A stretch of DNA of 62,855 bases, the filler included, from Octopus bimaculoides (lineage: Eukaryota): assembly GCF_001194135.2 (NCBI RefSeq). It is 4 parts of 4 records of this genome, joined end to end, with 100 filler letters (N's around TTAATTAATTAA, not from the genome) between each part and the next. Parts side by side here need not be neighbours in the genome. Positions count along the whole stretch, not along the records: positions 20,893 to 52,015 come from NC_068982.1; 3 more parts are not named here. One strand, written 5' to 3'. Both the position numbers and the translations under genes were made by a program. Below are positions 38,225-48,910 of the stretch, in pieces. How positions within the stretch are numbered: the first letter of the stretch is position 1; each line of letters begins with the position of its first letter. The notes beneath the pieces are model-generated. The model was given only the letters and a program-made list of their open reading frames with translations. It was not told where the DNA came from and searched no databases.

Positions 38225-38607
38225 ATTGCAAGATACAGAAATAATTTATTCTCAAACGCATGATAATGCTAATACAATAGCATAAAGAGGATAAACTATC
38301 CTGGGGATAGTTACCGGATAGCCATGAGACTCGAACTCACACCCTTGTGATTACGTGTCAAGTGCTTTACCTTTAAGGTATACTGCCCAGTAACGAATTA
38401 AAGCCTGATTTATAAATCCTAAAATTGCAGAATAATTCGTTACTGGACAGTTTAGCTTAAAGCTAAAGCACTTGACATGTAATCACAAGAATGTGAGTTC
38501 TGGCCGGTAGCGATATTTTCTGCAATATATGGATAGATTATCCTGTTAGTGCTATTGTATTAGCATTATCATGCGTCTTGGAATAAATTATTTCTGCATC
38601 TTTCAAT
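38225..38607. repeat. ~380-bp foldback made of two head-to-head tRNA-Thr-like SINE/pseudogene arms
   Basis: Arms ~38225-38400 and ~38433-38607 are inverted copies. Each has a D-arm (GCTT/AAGC in the right arm) and anticodon loop CACGTAA or CATGTAA; the left arm keeps the T-arm GTGAG-TTCGAGT-CTCAT. Confidence 0.8.
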
Positions 38608-38892
38608 ACAACTCAACACTTCTAAAGCAAATTTTATTTACTTTCATCGTAACCAGAACATTGCATATTTTGAAGTTCAAAATGTTGTATCTGAGCCGTT
38701 GCCTATATCTTTGCACTTAAGTTTTATTTATATTCAGGTTTGCTCAGAAGAACGAAGTATTTCATTCCAACGGTCTTCTTTTTGTTTAAATATTTGACGT
38801 GAGTCGTTTTTGGCATTTCTTGTGACGTCACTGTGATCTGTAACAGTGTAATTCTTATGATGTGCCGCATGTACATTTTATTTAATGCTTTT

Positions 38893-39132
38893 TCTTTTAT
38901 TCTCTTACATGTTTTTAGTCATTTGACAGCGAGCATGCAGGAGCACCGCTTTTAGTCGAACGAATCGACCCAGGACTTATTCTTTATGAGACTAGTACCT
39001 GTTCTATCGGCCTCTTTTGCCGAACCGCTAATTTACGGGAACGCAAACACACCAACATCGGTTGTCAACCGATGGTGGAGGGGACAGACACAGACGCACA
39101 AACATATACATGCATATATATGTATATACATA

Positions 39133-39175
<43 letters not shown>

Positions 39176-39351
39176 NNNNNNNNNNATACGACGGGCTTCT
39201 TTCAATTTCTGTCTACCAAATCCAATCACAAGGCTTTGGTCGGCCGGAGGCTATAGTAGAAGACACTTGCCCAAGGCGCCACGCAGTGGGACTGAACCCG
39301 TAATTATGTGGTTGGGAAGCAAGCTTCTTACCACATGCCCACTCCTGTGCA
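38893..39351 (-). mobile_element. SINE family A, full-length with expanded internal (TA)n
   Basis: Complete reverse-complement copy spanning a 10-N gap. Confidence 0.9.
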
Positions 39352-39979
39352 TAAGTGCAATTTATACCTGCATGGGGTTTATTTTCTAAAATACATGAAC
39401 ATAGGTTAGAAATCCTCTAATTAGACAGTAGCTGTTATATACTTTCTATATAGCATGCTTGATTTTAAGTGTCTATGTTCCACATCAACTCTACGTAAAC
39501 AATGAAGGTTTCGTAACACAATGTATTAATAATTTCTGTCCTACAAATATACGAGATTTTTACGGCCAAAATTCATTTCAGCAATGATTTTATTATTTTT
39601 TTTTCTCGATCGGCGTTCATTTGTGCTAAAGAACAAACACAAAGTCGTATGTGAAACATAGTAGCGCTGTATTACTTTGATACAGAAATCTCTGACTCTA
39701 ACAAATACACCTTTCAAGTTCTCAGAAGGTAAATTACATCATCCATATCAGAATCTACAAGACCTCAGTATTCGTAATCCAATCTAAAGATCTCTGCTAT
39801 TGTTTTTCTATATGTGCTATAATCTTCGTATACCCAAATCTCTACAATCATATTGTACTGGGAAATTTTCAGTCACACACATACATCATATATAGATGTG
39901 TGTGTATGTGTGTGTGGGTATGAATGTGTATGTGTCTGTGAGAGAGAGAGTGTCTGTGTATATGTATTATATATATTAC

Positions 39980-40143
39980 ATTGAGAGACAGACAGACGAA
40001 CGGATGGATGAACGGACGGCCGGATAGACGGATGGTTGGACGGACGGGTAGACGGACGGACGGGTGGACGGAAGGACAGACGGATGGACAGAGAAACAGA
40101 CGGCATACAGGCAGACAGACAGACAGGCAGACAGATAGACAGG

Positions 40144-40199
<56 letters not shown>

Positions 40200-40200
40200 T
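39980..40200 (+). repeat. Compound tetranucleotide microsatellite GACA > GACG/GATG > GACA > GATA
   Basis: Directly visible graded units. Confidence 0.9.
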
Positions 40201-40635
40201 TTTGTATATGCATGTAGATATATATATGTAAGTGAATGTATCTATGTTCCAATTACTATTATGCACATAGGAAGATTAAAATGAGCGTTGGGACTGTATT
40301 TGGTAAGGTGGTCATAGGCTGGGGTAGATTTTTATGCTTCTTTGAAACAATTCCTTTCATATGCTCAATTGTATTTTGTATTTCTAGAGACGAAAACAGC
40401 AGAACCTGTACTTTATAGCTACTACCAAAAACTTATGAATATTGTATGTACCTTCAAGCATTGCAATAAACAGTTGAAACGTTACTGATTAGAAACCTAA
40501 TTCATTTAGTGTAATTAAGTATAAATTAGTACATTATTTTGTAAAAAATAAAAAGAAACTCGCCTATTCAAGAAAATTAAATACGAGGCGAAGTTTATTT
40601 TAGGTTCTGTAACAATTTTGGTTCATATCTATTAA

Positions 40636-40771
40636 CCCTTTGAACCCTGACCTCCTGAAACCTATTTTACTATATACCTGGGATCCCACCGGTGCTATGG
40701 TTTAGAGCGGTGTTGCGGTACAGAGAAATATAAGCCATCTACCGGCAAACCGGTGTTACGGGCTCAAAGTG
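40636..40771. mobile_element. 136-bp piggyBac-type MITE
   Basis: TTAA at 40632-40635 and 40772-40775; imperfect TIRs CCCTTTGAACCC / GGGCTCAAAGTG. Confidence 0.75.
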
Positions 40772-41039
40772 TTAAGCATCGATTCAACCGACTTCTGCAT
40801 TGCTTTGAGGCAACACATCAGTGAGTCAGCATTGCCATTACACACAGACGAATGTCAGTAACTTTTTACAACGATTTGAAATATAGTGAATATAAGCGAT
40901 TGTATTTATTCGAGAGCATTGATACATACATGCATGCATACAATTATATACGTGTGTATGTGTGCGTATGTGTGTACGTGCATGTGTGTGCGTGTGTGTG
41001 AATGTGTTTGTATACCAATTCATTTTCCGAAGTAGAAAA

Positions 41040-42660
41040 GTTAATAGCACAGGAACAAATGTGTTGTCGCATGAAGACCAGAGGGACTGATGATCACCAT
41101 CGAATAGACAAGATGACATTGAAAGATTGTAATGGAAAGACATAGAATTTTAGCTACGGCACGACTAGTTCACAACAGTTGTTTGATTTCGTGATTAAGA
41201 TAATGTATGGAACCATTTAGAGTGGCAAGCAATGACACTGGTTACATTAGATGTAGCATGAAAAACTAGACGTGTGGAATTATATCATCTGGAAAATTAC
41301 AGGATGAATTGAAATAAAGAGAAGATGCTAACACAGAGACAGTTTATCGTCATTGTTGTTCATTGTCTACAAGGTAACTTTAAATATTCATTATACGAAA
41401 AACGAGTAATGTGCATGATTTAGAGGAAAATGCAGACCAAAAAAGTCATCTATTATCCATAGATATTTTTTATTCATATGGACAGTACAACGATGACATA
41501 TTTGCACTCGAAAAATCTGATAAATTCCCCAACAAATATATATGAATTGATTTCTAGATTATGACTTAATAGGGTTTATACTTTATAGGAAGGTAAATTT
41601 TTGGAATCGGTTGGAGAAGTGATGGAAGACGTGAAGAATAGAAGTTACGAATTTTTAACCATACTGGAAATAGTTAAGATGAAAGAAACTGAAGTGAAGA
41701 TGACATATGTAGAAAGAATATTTTAGAAAATTGGAATTAAAATACAAATCAAATTAAATGGATTATAGTAATAATCACGTAAGTTGTAAGGATGATGTAG
41801 TACACAACTGAGATTAGCAGATGAAGTAAAGAAGGGATTAGAAAACTAGATGCTAAAATATGAAAAGTAATAGACATGAACAGTGCTACTGCATCTAAAA
41901 AAAAAAGTGATGCCAGTAGAATGCATGTTCCCAGTACCAGAGTGTGAAAATAATCAACAAGCTATAAAAATTGAATAAAAAGTAAAAATTATGTTGGCTG
42001 ATACTTAAAAAATGATGTATGCTGCCTGGTGGAAATAAAGAATAATATTCTACAAATTGAAAGCTGAACTGAAAAGAATGATAGAAGTGACAAAAATAAA
42101 TGGCGGGACACACTGATGAATGGCCTATTTATTACAGTCTGGGTAAATGGAATAGATAATTAAATATTATTGGAATGAATGGAAAGACTAGATCGTAAAG
42201 TAGTGACTAAGGCTTTAATAAATGCAGGACAAGAGCAACCCCTAAGAAGTAATTAAGTGAAATATAATAGACAATACAATAGCTACCGTTTTGTAGGCAT
42301 TGTGAAATGAAAGAAGAGTCCGCTATATTGTAAGTGCAGTACAGTTGCAGGGAAGAGATTCAAAAGTGACAGGATAGCAGTACCTGATCAGTGCAATAGA
42401 CGTTGTGCGAGACATAAGATGAACGGAATAAAATTTTTACGGGCTGACCCAATAAAAGGATCAAATATTATAAAGATACTTTTGGAATTGAACAACTAAT
42501 ATGATACGGGGATGTAGTGAGATAAGACCTGATGTTGTTATTATTGAAAAGAAAAACACCTTGTTGGATAATTGATGCAGCATCAAAATTCGAGAAAAGA
42601 GAAATCTGAAAAATGTTGGGTATGAAGAAGTCCGAAAATCTTTTATGCGCATTGCTACCT
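41040..42660 (+). pseudogene. Ancient R4/Dong-like non-LTR retrotransposon (RT, CCHC, restriction-like endonuclease)
   Basis: Degenerate readings QEQMCCRMKTRGTDDHHRIDKMTLKDC (cf. EQKGCRxxxRGxKDQLLIDK), YNIDNT...CRHCEMKEES (zinc knuckle region) and IRPDVVIIEKKN (RPD endonuclease motif). Confidence 0.7.
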
Positions 42661-43256
42661 AACCACACGTGTTTGTCTATCTTCACATGTCTGCGTAAAT
42701 ATATGCAAGCAGCCATGAATACACGTATATATACATNNNNNNNNNNNNNNNNNNNNNNNNNNNNNNNNNNNNNNNNNNNNNNNNNNNNNNNNNNNNNNNN
42801 NNNNNNNNNNNNNNNNNNNNNNNNNNNNNNNNNNNNNNNNNNNNNNNNNNNNNNNNNNNNNNNNNNNNNNNNNNNNNNNNNNNNNNNNNNNNNNNNNNNN
42901 NNNNNNNNNNNNNNNNNNNNNNNNNTATATATTTATCTTGTATTTCTGGATGGCCATTTTATTTTTATTTTTTGCCATATAAACCCACGCAATAGTGTGT
43001 GTTTATCTGTTTCAACACACGGTTTCAAATCTTGCAAAACGAATTGATATATATATATAGGTTAGTAATAGGTTAGGCGAGTTAGTGGTTGGAATAACCG
43101 TCTAAGGGATAAGAATATCCGTTTTTACTACCGGTATAAATTACATATGTTAACCCTGGGCATACATATGCAAACATATTATGCTCATTGGATACAGGCA
43201 ATAACAAATTAAACAAAAGTTTACAAGGAATGAAATTTAGATTAAGCCGAAAATGG

Positions 43257-43739
43257 AGAAAATTCTTGATCAACAAATAAATTGACTACCAACGATTAGT
43301 AGTTTTTGATACAAAACTTTATCATTTCTAACAGCCGTTTCTGCTTCCAATGTCCTTCAGCGCTGCCAAAGAAAATTATGAGAATAATATTCGCCATATT
43401 CCATACCACATCTGATCTGGTACATCGAGCTTCATCAGAGTGAAGAAAAATAGAGAAACTAAAAGAAGAGAAGAGATAAGCAAAGGACCTCGAGATGAGG
43501 AAAAGAAGGCTTAGTATATTTGAATTATGCCATTTATTTTTTGAATTTTTCTCCGCTCTCATGAAGCTTCATGCTCCAGATCGGATGTGCTATAGAATAT
43601 GACGAATATTATTCTCAGAATTTTCTTAGGCAGCGTGGACGGACATTGGAAGCAGAAACGGCTGTTAAAATTTATAAAGGTTCGTATTAAAACATAATAA
43701 TCGATGGTAGTCAATTAATTTGTTGATCAAGAATTTTCT
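43257..43739. mobile_element. MITE/foldback element with ~195-bp inverted arms and a ~95-bp spacer
   Basis: AGAAAATTCTTGATCAACAAAT...CAGCCGTTTCTGCTTCCAATGTCC on the left is mirrored by GGACATTGGAAGCAGAAACGGCTG...ATTTGTTGATCAAGAATTTTCT on the right; the right end abuts a gap. Confidence 0.85.
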
Positions 43740-44291
43740 NNNNNNNNNNNNNNNNNNNNNNNNNNNNNNNNNNNNNNNNNNNNNNNNNNNNNNNNNNNNN
43801 NNNNNNNNNNNNNNNNNNNNNNNNNNNNNNNNNNNNNNNNNNNNNNNNNNNNNNNNNNNNNNNNNNNNNNNNNNNNNNNNNNNNNNNNNNNNNNNNNNNN
43901 NNNNNNNNNNNNNNNNNNNNNNNNNNNNNNNNNNNNNNNNNNNNNNNNNNNNNNNNNNNNNNNNNNNNNNNNNNNNNNNNNNNNNNNNNNNNNNNNNNNN
44001 NNNNNNNNNNNNNNNNNNNNNNNNNNNNNNNNNNNNNNNNNNNNNNNNNNNNNNNNNNNNNNNNNNNNNNNNNNNNNNNNNNNNNNNNNNNNNNNNNNNN
44101 NNNNNNNNNNNNNNNNNNNNNNNNNNNNNNNNNNNNNNNNNNNNNNNNNNNNNNNNNNNNNNNNNNNNNNNNNNNNNNNNNNNNNNNNNNNNNNNNNNNN
44201 NNNNNNNNNNNNNNNNNNNNNNNNNNNNNNNNNNNNNNNNNNNNNNNNNNNNNNNNNNNNNNNNNNNNGTGTGTGTGTGTGTGTGTGTGAA

Positions 44292-44610
44292 GCATCCTCG
44301 ATTATTATGTGTGGGGCACAGTTGAGCGAGAGATCAACAAAATCCTTGTAACACCAAAGATGAACTTAAGGCAAGGATTATGGCAGCATTCGCCAGCTTG
44401 AACAGGGAGACGGTCCAGAAGGGTTGCAGAAGATTTCAAAGTCATCTGGAGGCCGTAGTTGAAGCTAATTCCGATTTTATTGAGTAAATTTACGCTTTAG
44501 TATTTCAAGATACTTTTATATAATTTTGGTAAATATATCCGTTAAAATGAGACATCAGTGTTATTTTCAGTTTTGCGTAATTTAGGTGACAATTTGTTCA
44601 CTGAACACTG
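44292..44610 (+). mobile_element. Tc1/mariner (maT/rosa-like) transposon 3' end
   Basis: LDYYVWGTVEREIN...TKDELKARIMAAFASLNRETVQKGCRRFQSHLEAVVEANSDFIE*; terminus ...TTGTTCACTGAACACTG followed by TA. Confidence 0.8.
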
Positions 44611-45146
44611 TATGTGTATATGTGTGTGCGTGTGTGTGGATGTGTGTTCGTGTACGAATGTGTGATTGTGTTCGTGTATCTGTGACAATACATGCGCAAA
44701 TATGTGTGTACGCCGGTGTGTGCATCTGGAGGCATCCATTGCATAAAGTAAATCTGTCCACATTTCTAACGTGTAAATAGTCGCATATGCATTCCGCGGA
44801 AGTATTCCTCGATCCAATCTCTGTATGATATCAGTTGCCAAATTAATTATGTATACATCATATCAGGTTTTGCTGATAATCAACTTGTTCATAGAGTTCC
44901 GATACTATAATATCTGTCGAAGTTTGCTGTTCTACGTTATTTGGAGATGACATTATCGTATGAAACAAAGTAATTTCAAAACCGTAGAATGTTTGTATTT
45001 ACATTTCAGCGACATTTTGTTGTTGTTTCTGACAGGTTCACCAACCACATAGAAGCTTTATCGTTGTATCCTATGCATGTGTATTGTGGAGTGTGAGTGT
45101 GTGTGTATGTGTTTCGCTGGGGAGAGAGAGATAGCCTTACGTGATA

Positions 45147-45191
45147 CACACGGACCCGGGTTTCTGGTTAGTAACCCGTCATCAGCGCGTG
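45147..45191 (-). ncRNA. Minimal type I hammerhead ribozyme candidate (GUC site)
   Basis: Minus strand: CACGCG CTGATGA C GGGTTACTAACC A GAAA C-CCGG-G TC CGTGTG. Six-bp stem I with one G-U; palindromic stem III ACCCGGGT. Confidence 0.75.
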
Positions 45192-45324
45192 ACAATCACC
45201 AGCTAGCGATGAGAACTCATTCCAAACGCAAAATATTATATGCTTTTCCAGTGACAAACTGTCGCTGATCTCGAAACAGGTGAAACAAGCAATAATAAAT
45301 CTCTCAGCGAGACGTAAACAGTAG

Positions 45325-45440
45325 GAGCACGGAATCGTGAGATGGGAACGAAGATTTCCCTTCATAAATATTAATAGGACACAGACATTGCGTCGTTAGC
45401 CAGCTGGAGGAGATGTCTTCCTGGGGTTATAAACAACAGT
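45325..45440 (+). mobile_element. Diverged relative of the 59.6-60.0 kb element arm
   Basis: TGAGATGGG...GATTTCCCTT...TAGCCAGCTGGAGGAGATGTCTTCCTGGGGTTA aligns with TGAGATGGGG...GATTCCCTTG...TAGCCAGCTGGAGACGATGTCTCCTGGGGCTA at 59855-59942. Confidence 0.7.
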
Positions 45441-45473
45441 GGATCCGCCACATTTAGGTGGCAAATATACTTC

Positions 45474-45512
<39 letters not shown>

Positions 45513-46413
45513 AAACGTATGTATAATATGTATAGAAATGTATGTGTATGAACGCATATATTTATATATTATCATCCTTGTGTAGGTAGAAGGCATGATT
45601 TATATATAATTAACGAAATTAACATACGAGACGCAACCATATGAATAATCGCACACACAGACTCACACACGAACATACATGTAAATGTTTGTGTTCGTGT
45701 GTGTGTGTGTGTGTGTATGTGGTGGTGTGTGTATCTGCGTATGTATGGGTATGGATAAATGTATGTACTTATGTATTAATACAAGGAGGTGCTGAAAAGT
45801 TTTTAGCTTTGGATAAAAGAAATTGCAGGAGGATCTGTTAAATATGATTTATTCAACTTATTGCCCTCTCAGATTCACACATTTATTGTAGCAGTCCTTC
45901 GGTTTTTCTAAGCCCTGTAAATGAACTCAGAGATTTAAATCTCCAACCGAGCCTTAAAAACCATAAAGCTTAAAAGTATTCAGTAGCTCCTCGTTTATGT
46001 TCTTTAAATATTTGGACGACATGGCCTGCTCCATGAAGCCTCGCGTGTTGCTATAACAACACAATACCTCAACGCACACATATGTATAGGGCTGCATATC
46101 GCTCTGTGCGCTTTATATGCAGGTCTGTGTGTATGTGTATATGTTTGTGTGAAGTGGGGTGTATGTATGGATGCACCTGTGAGTGATAATCTAATAAGTT
46201 GTACTCTACTCAGAGGCATAGCAAACTCCTGACTTTAAAGACGAAGTAAACGTTCTAACCATTTCTGAAGTTTCTTGACTTCAAAAAAGTTTGAAATCGT
46301 TCGGATTCGGAGGTAAATTCTAGATTAAGTGAACCAATAATTTTATGTTTAATGACATTAAATTCATACAACTTAGAGTTTCTTTATTTAATAGAGTTAT
46401 ATTTCGTCTAGAT

Positions 46414-46709
46414 CAGTGGTTCCCAAAGTGGACGGTACTACCCCTCTGTGGACGATCAAGAGAGACGTTGAAGAAAATCGGGGCAATAATAAGGTGACTA
46501 AGTGGGGGCGATGGATGTAAACACCACCCCCACCAAAAAAGGAAAGAAATAATGGGTCAATTAGATTAAGTTTTATTTGTGAAATACTGTTGTTTTGAAT
46601 TTTCTGCAGAAAGTGGTCTACATTTGTGGAGGTGGACGGGGGTTAAGAACAGTAGGAATGTGGCCCGAGTGTCAAGGGGCGGCAGTCCGAGAAAGTTTGG
46701 GAACCACTG
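46414..46709. mobile_element. 296-bp hAT (Charlie/Buster-type) MITE
   Basis: Perfect TIRs CAGTGGTTCCCAAA / TTTGGGAACCACTG; perfect 8-bp TSD GTCTAGAT (46406-46413, 46710-46717) matching the Buster/Charlie NTCTAGAN preference. Confidence 0.95.
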
Positions 46710-46819
46710 GTCTAGATTTTCAAGATAAAGTTATTTTGTGAGTATTTATTTATATTGGGTTTGTGCAAAATGTATAGAAAAGTTTTGATTTAATGCAGCG
46801 AAAATAATACTCCTATCTT

Positions 46820-47010
46820 ATCTTGGCACAAAGCCAGTGAATTTGAGGGATGAGGAAATCGATTACATCGATTCTAGTGCTGAAGTTGTACTTATTTTAT
46901 TCACTTCGAAACGATGAAAGGCAAAGTCATCCTCGGCGACATTCCAACTGAGAACGTAAATTCGGAAAACAATCCGCTAAGCATTTTGTCCGGCGTGCTA
47001 ACGATTCTGA
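46820..47010 (-). mobile_element. SINE family B, degenerate
   Basis: GGCACAAAGCC tail through GCTAAGCATTTTGTCCGGCGTGCTAACG. Confidence 0.75.
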
Positions 47011-47526
47011 CACTTCATTGCATTTGCAGCAGATATAGTAAAGTCATTATGTGAAATACATATTTGTTTTACGGTCCTTACGAATGTGCATTTAAACTGC
47101 TTTACAAAATGTATTCCAATGAATATTTAATATTCCGCCGAGGTCTAATTTGCTATTCATACTTTCGGAGTCAATAAGTAACAAATGAGCACAAGGGTTA
47201 GTACAATCAACTTAGCCCCATCTCTGAAAATGTGTCAAAATTTGTGCCTTGTGCCAAAATTTGAAACCACTTAATATTCAATGCTCTTTACAAGTTCCAC
47301 AATGATCTGTGACTGATTTCAATTTTCTTCTTCCTAGTTAATGTCGAAAGGGGTTCAGTCAAATTGTTCTAGTCATATACTCGTTTTCCTACAAAACAAC
47401 AATCAGCACTTATTTAGAAATACTACATTTCTAAATATCTCAGAGAGATTTATGCAGTAGTGATACGATGAAGTAGTTGTATACTGTCAACTTAACGTGA
47501 CACTCCCCTGAAGGGANNNNNNNNNN

Positions 47527-47801
47527 AAGTAGTTGTATACTGTCAACTTAACGTGACAGTCCCCTGAAGGGAATAATACTACTGTTGGTTAGACTTAGGA
47601 AGCTGCACCGCTTCCTGTCGTCCTTGACACATTTCCTGTATCCTTATGTTTACAAGGGCGAGACAAGCATCTCTACCCAGGCAAACCTGCATCCAGAGAC
47701 ATGTTTCTGAGTCTTTGCTCGTCATCAGTCTGTAGTAGCATGACCAGCTATTATTCCCTTCGGGGGACTCTCACATTAAGTTGACAGTATACAACTACTT
47801 C
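47527..47801. mobile_element. ~275-bp element with ~55-bp terminal inverted repeats enclosing a hammerhead motif
   Basis: AAGTAGTTGTATACTGTCAACTTAACGTGACAGTCCCCTGAAGGGAATAATA ... TATTATTCCCTTCGGGGGACTCTCACATTAAGTTGACAGTATACAACTACTTC. No TSD found. Confidence 0.85.
47692..47734 (-). ncRNA. Minimal type I hammerhead ribozyme candidate (GUC site)
   Basis: Minus strand: TACAGA CTGATGA C GAG-CAAAGA-CTC A GAAA C-AT-G TC TCTGGA. Stem I pairs 5 of 6 positions; palindromic stem III ACATGT. Confidence 0.7.
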
Positions 47802-48761
47802 AACAATTAACTCCCTCTACAGATGTGTGGATTTTTAACAATCTAAGAAATAAATTAAGGTAAAAGATTAAAAATGCACATATTTTGAACCAGGTGGGGA
47901 ATTCGATAAATGAGGAACAGTTTTTTACTTTATAATGTGACAAACTATTATTTGATCTATATAAGGTGGGGAATTTGCAGAATCTTTAGCATCGGACAAA
48001 GTGTTTGGCGGGATTCCTTCAGGTTCTTTACCGCCTGATTTCAATTACCACTGATGTCGGCTTTGCTCTTCATCTTTTCGGGGTCGATAGAATACGAACC
48101 AGTTGAACATTGGGGGTGGGGATCAATATTTATTGATTTTCCCCTTCTTTAAAATTACTGGCGTCTACAAAGATTAAATTTATTTACGCAATATGAGAAA
48201 CAATACAGTATTGTTTTGAATGTGTCAGAAAGTTATTTAGAATTTAATGAATTCTGTCACTGTATTATCATAGAATGTTTAAAACTGCTGTGTACAGCGT
48301 TAAAATTACTGGTTTAAACTATTTTGACATTACTCATTTTGATAATACTCTTGAGTATGAAGAGAACGCTTCTTAATCTAAAACTTTTCTCCATGAAATT
48401 GTGATATTGTTGTCATAATTACTTAATGTTCATTATAAGTAATTAACAAAGAAGTCTTGTCTTTTCTTCTGTAACTGTACATCAGGTCATTTCTAGACGA
48501 AGTTACTTTTGCATTTCACCATGTCTTGGTCGACAAAATAAGTACAAATAGTCAAGACATGTGTAATTTGATAGAACCACTCGACAGAGTGTCAAGCAGT
48601 ATAGTAGTGGAATTTAATGACTTTTATGTTATAATTTCACATCCTGTCGAGGTTAAATTTGGCTTTCGTCTTCCCAATATTGATAGAATAAAGACATTAT
48701 GACCAATCCGTTAACATTCCTGGCTTTGTTCTTAATTTAGAAAACATTATATTCGTCTGTC

Positions 48762-48910
48762 TTTATGTTCTGAGTTCAAATTCCGCCGAGGTCGAGTTTG
48801 CCTTTCATCGTTTCAGGGTCGATAAATTAAGTACCAATTACGTACTGGGGCCGATCTAATCGACTGGCCCCTCCCCAAAAGTTTCGGGCCTTGTGCCTAG
48901 AGTAGAAAAG
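48762..48910 (+). mobile_element. SINE family B, 5'-truncated well-preserved copy
   Basis: GTTCTGAGTTCAAATTCCGCCGAGGTCG...GGGCCTTGTGCCTAGAGTAGAAAAG. Confidence 0.88.

Noticed and set aside
41086-41110. CTGATGA...CGAA motif
   Set aside because: It lies in the decayed R4/Dong RT coding sequence and has no stems.
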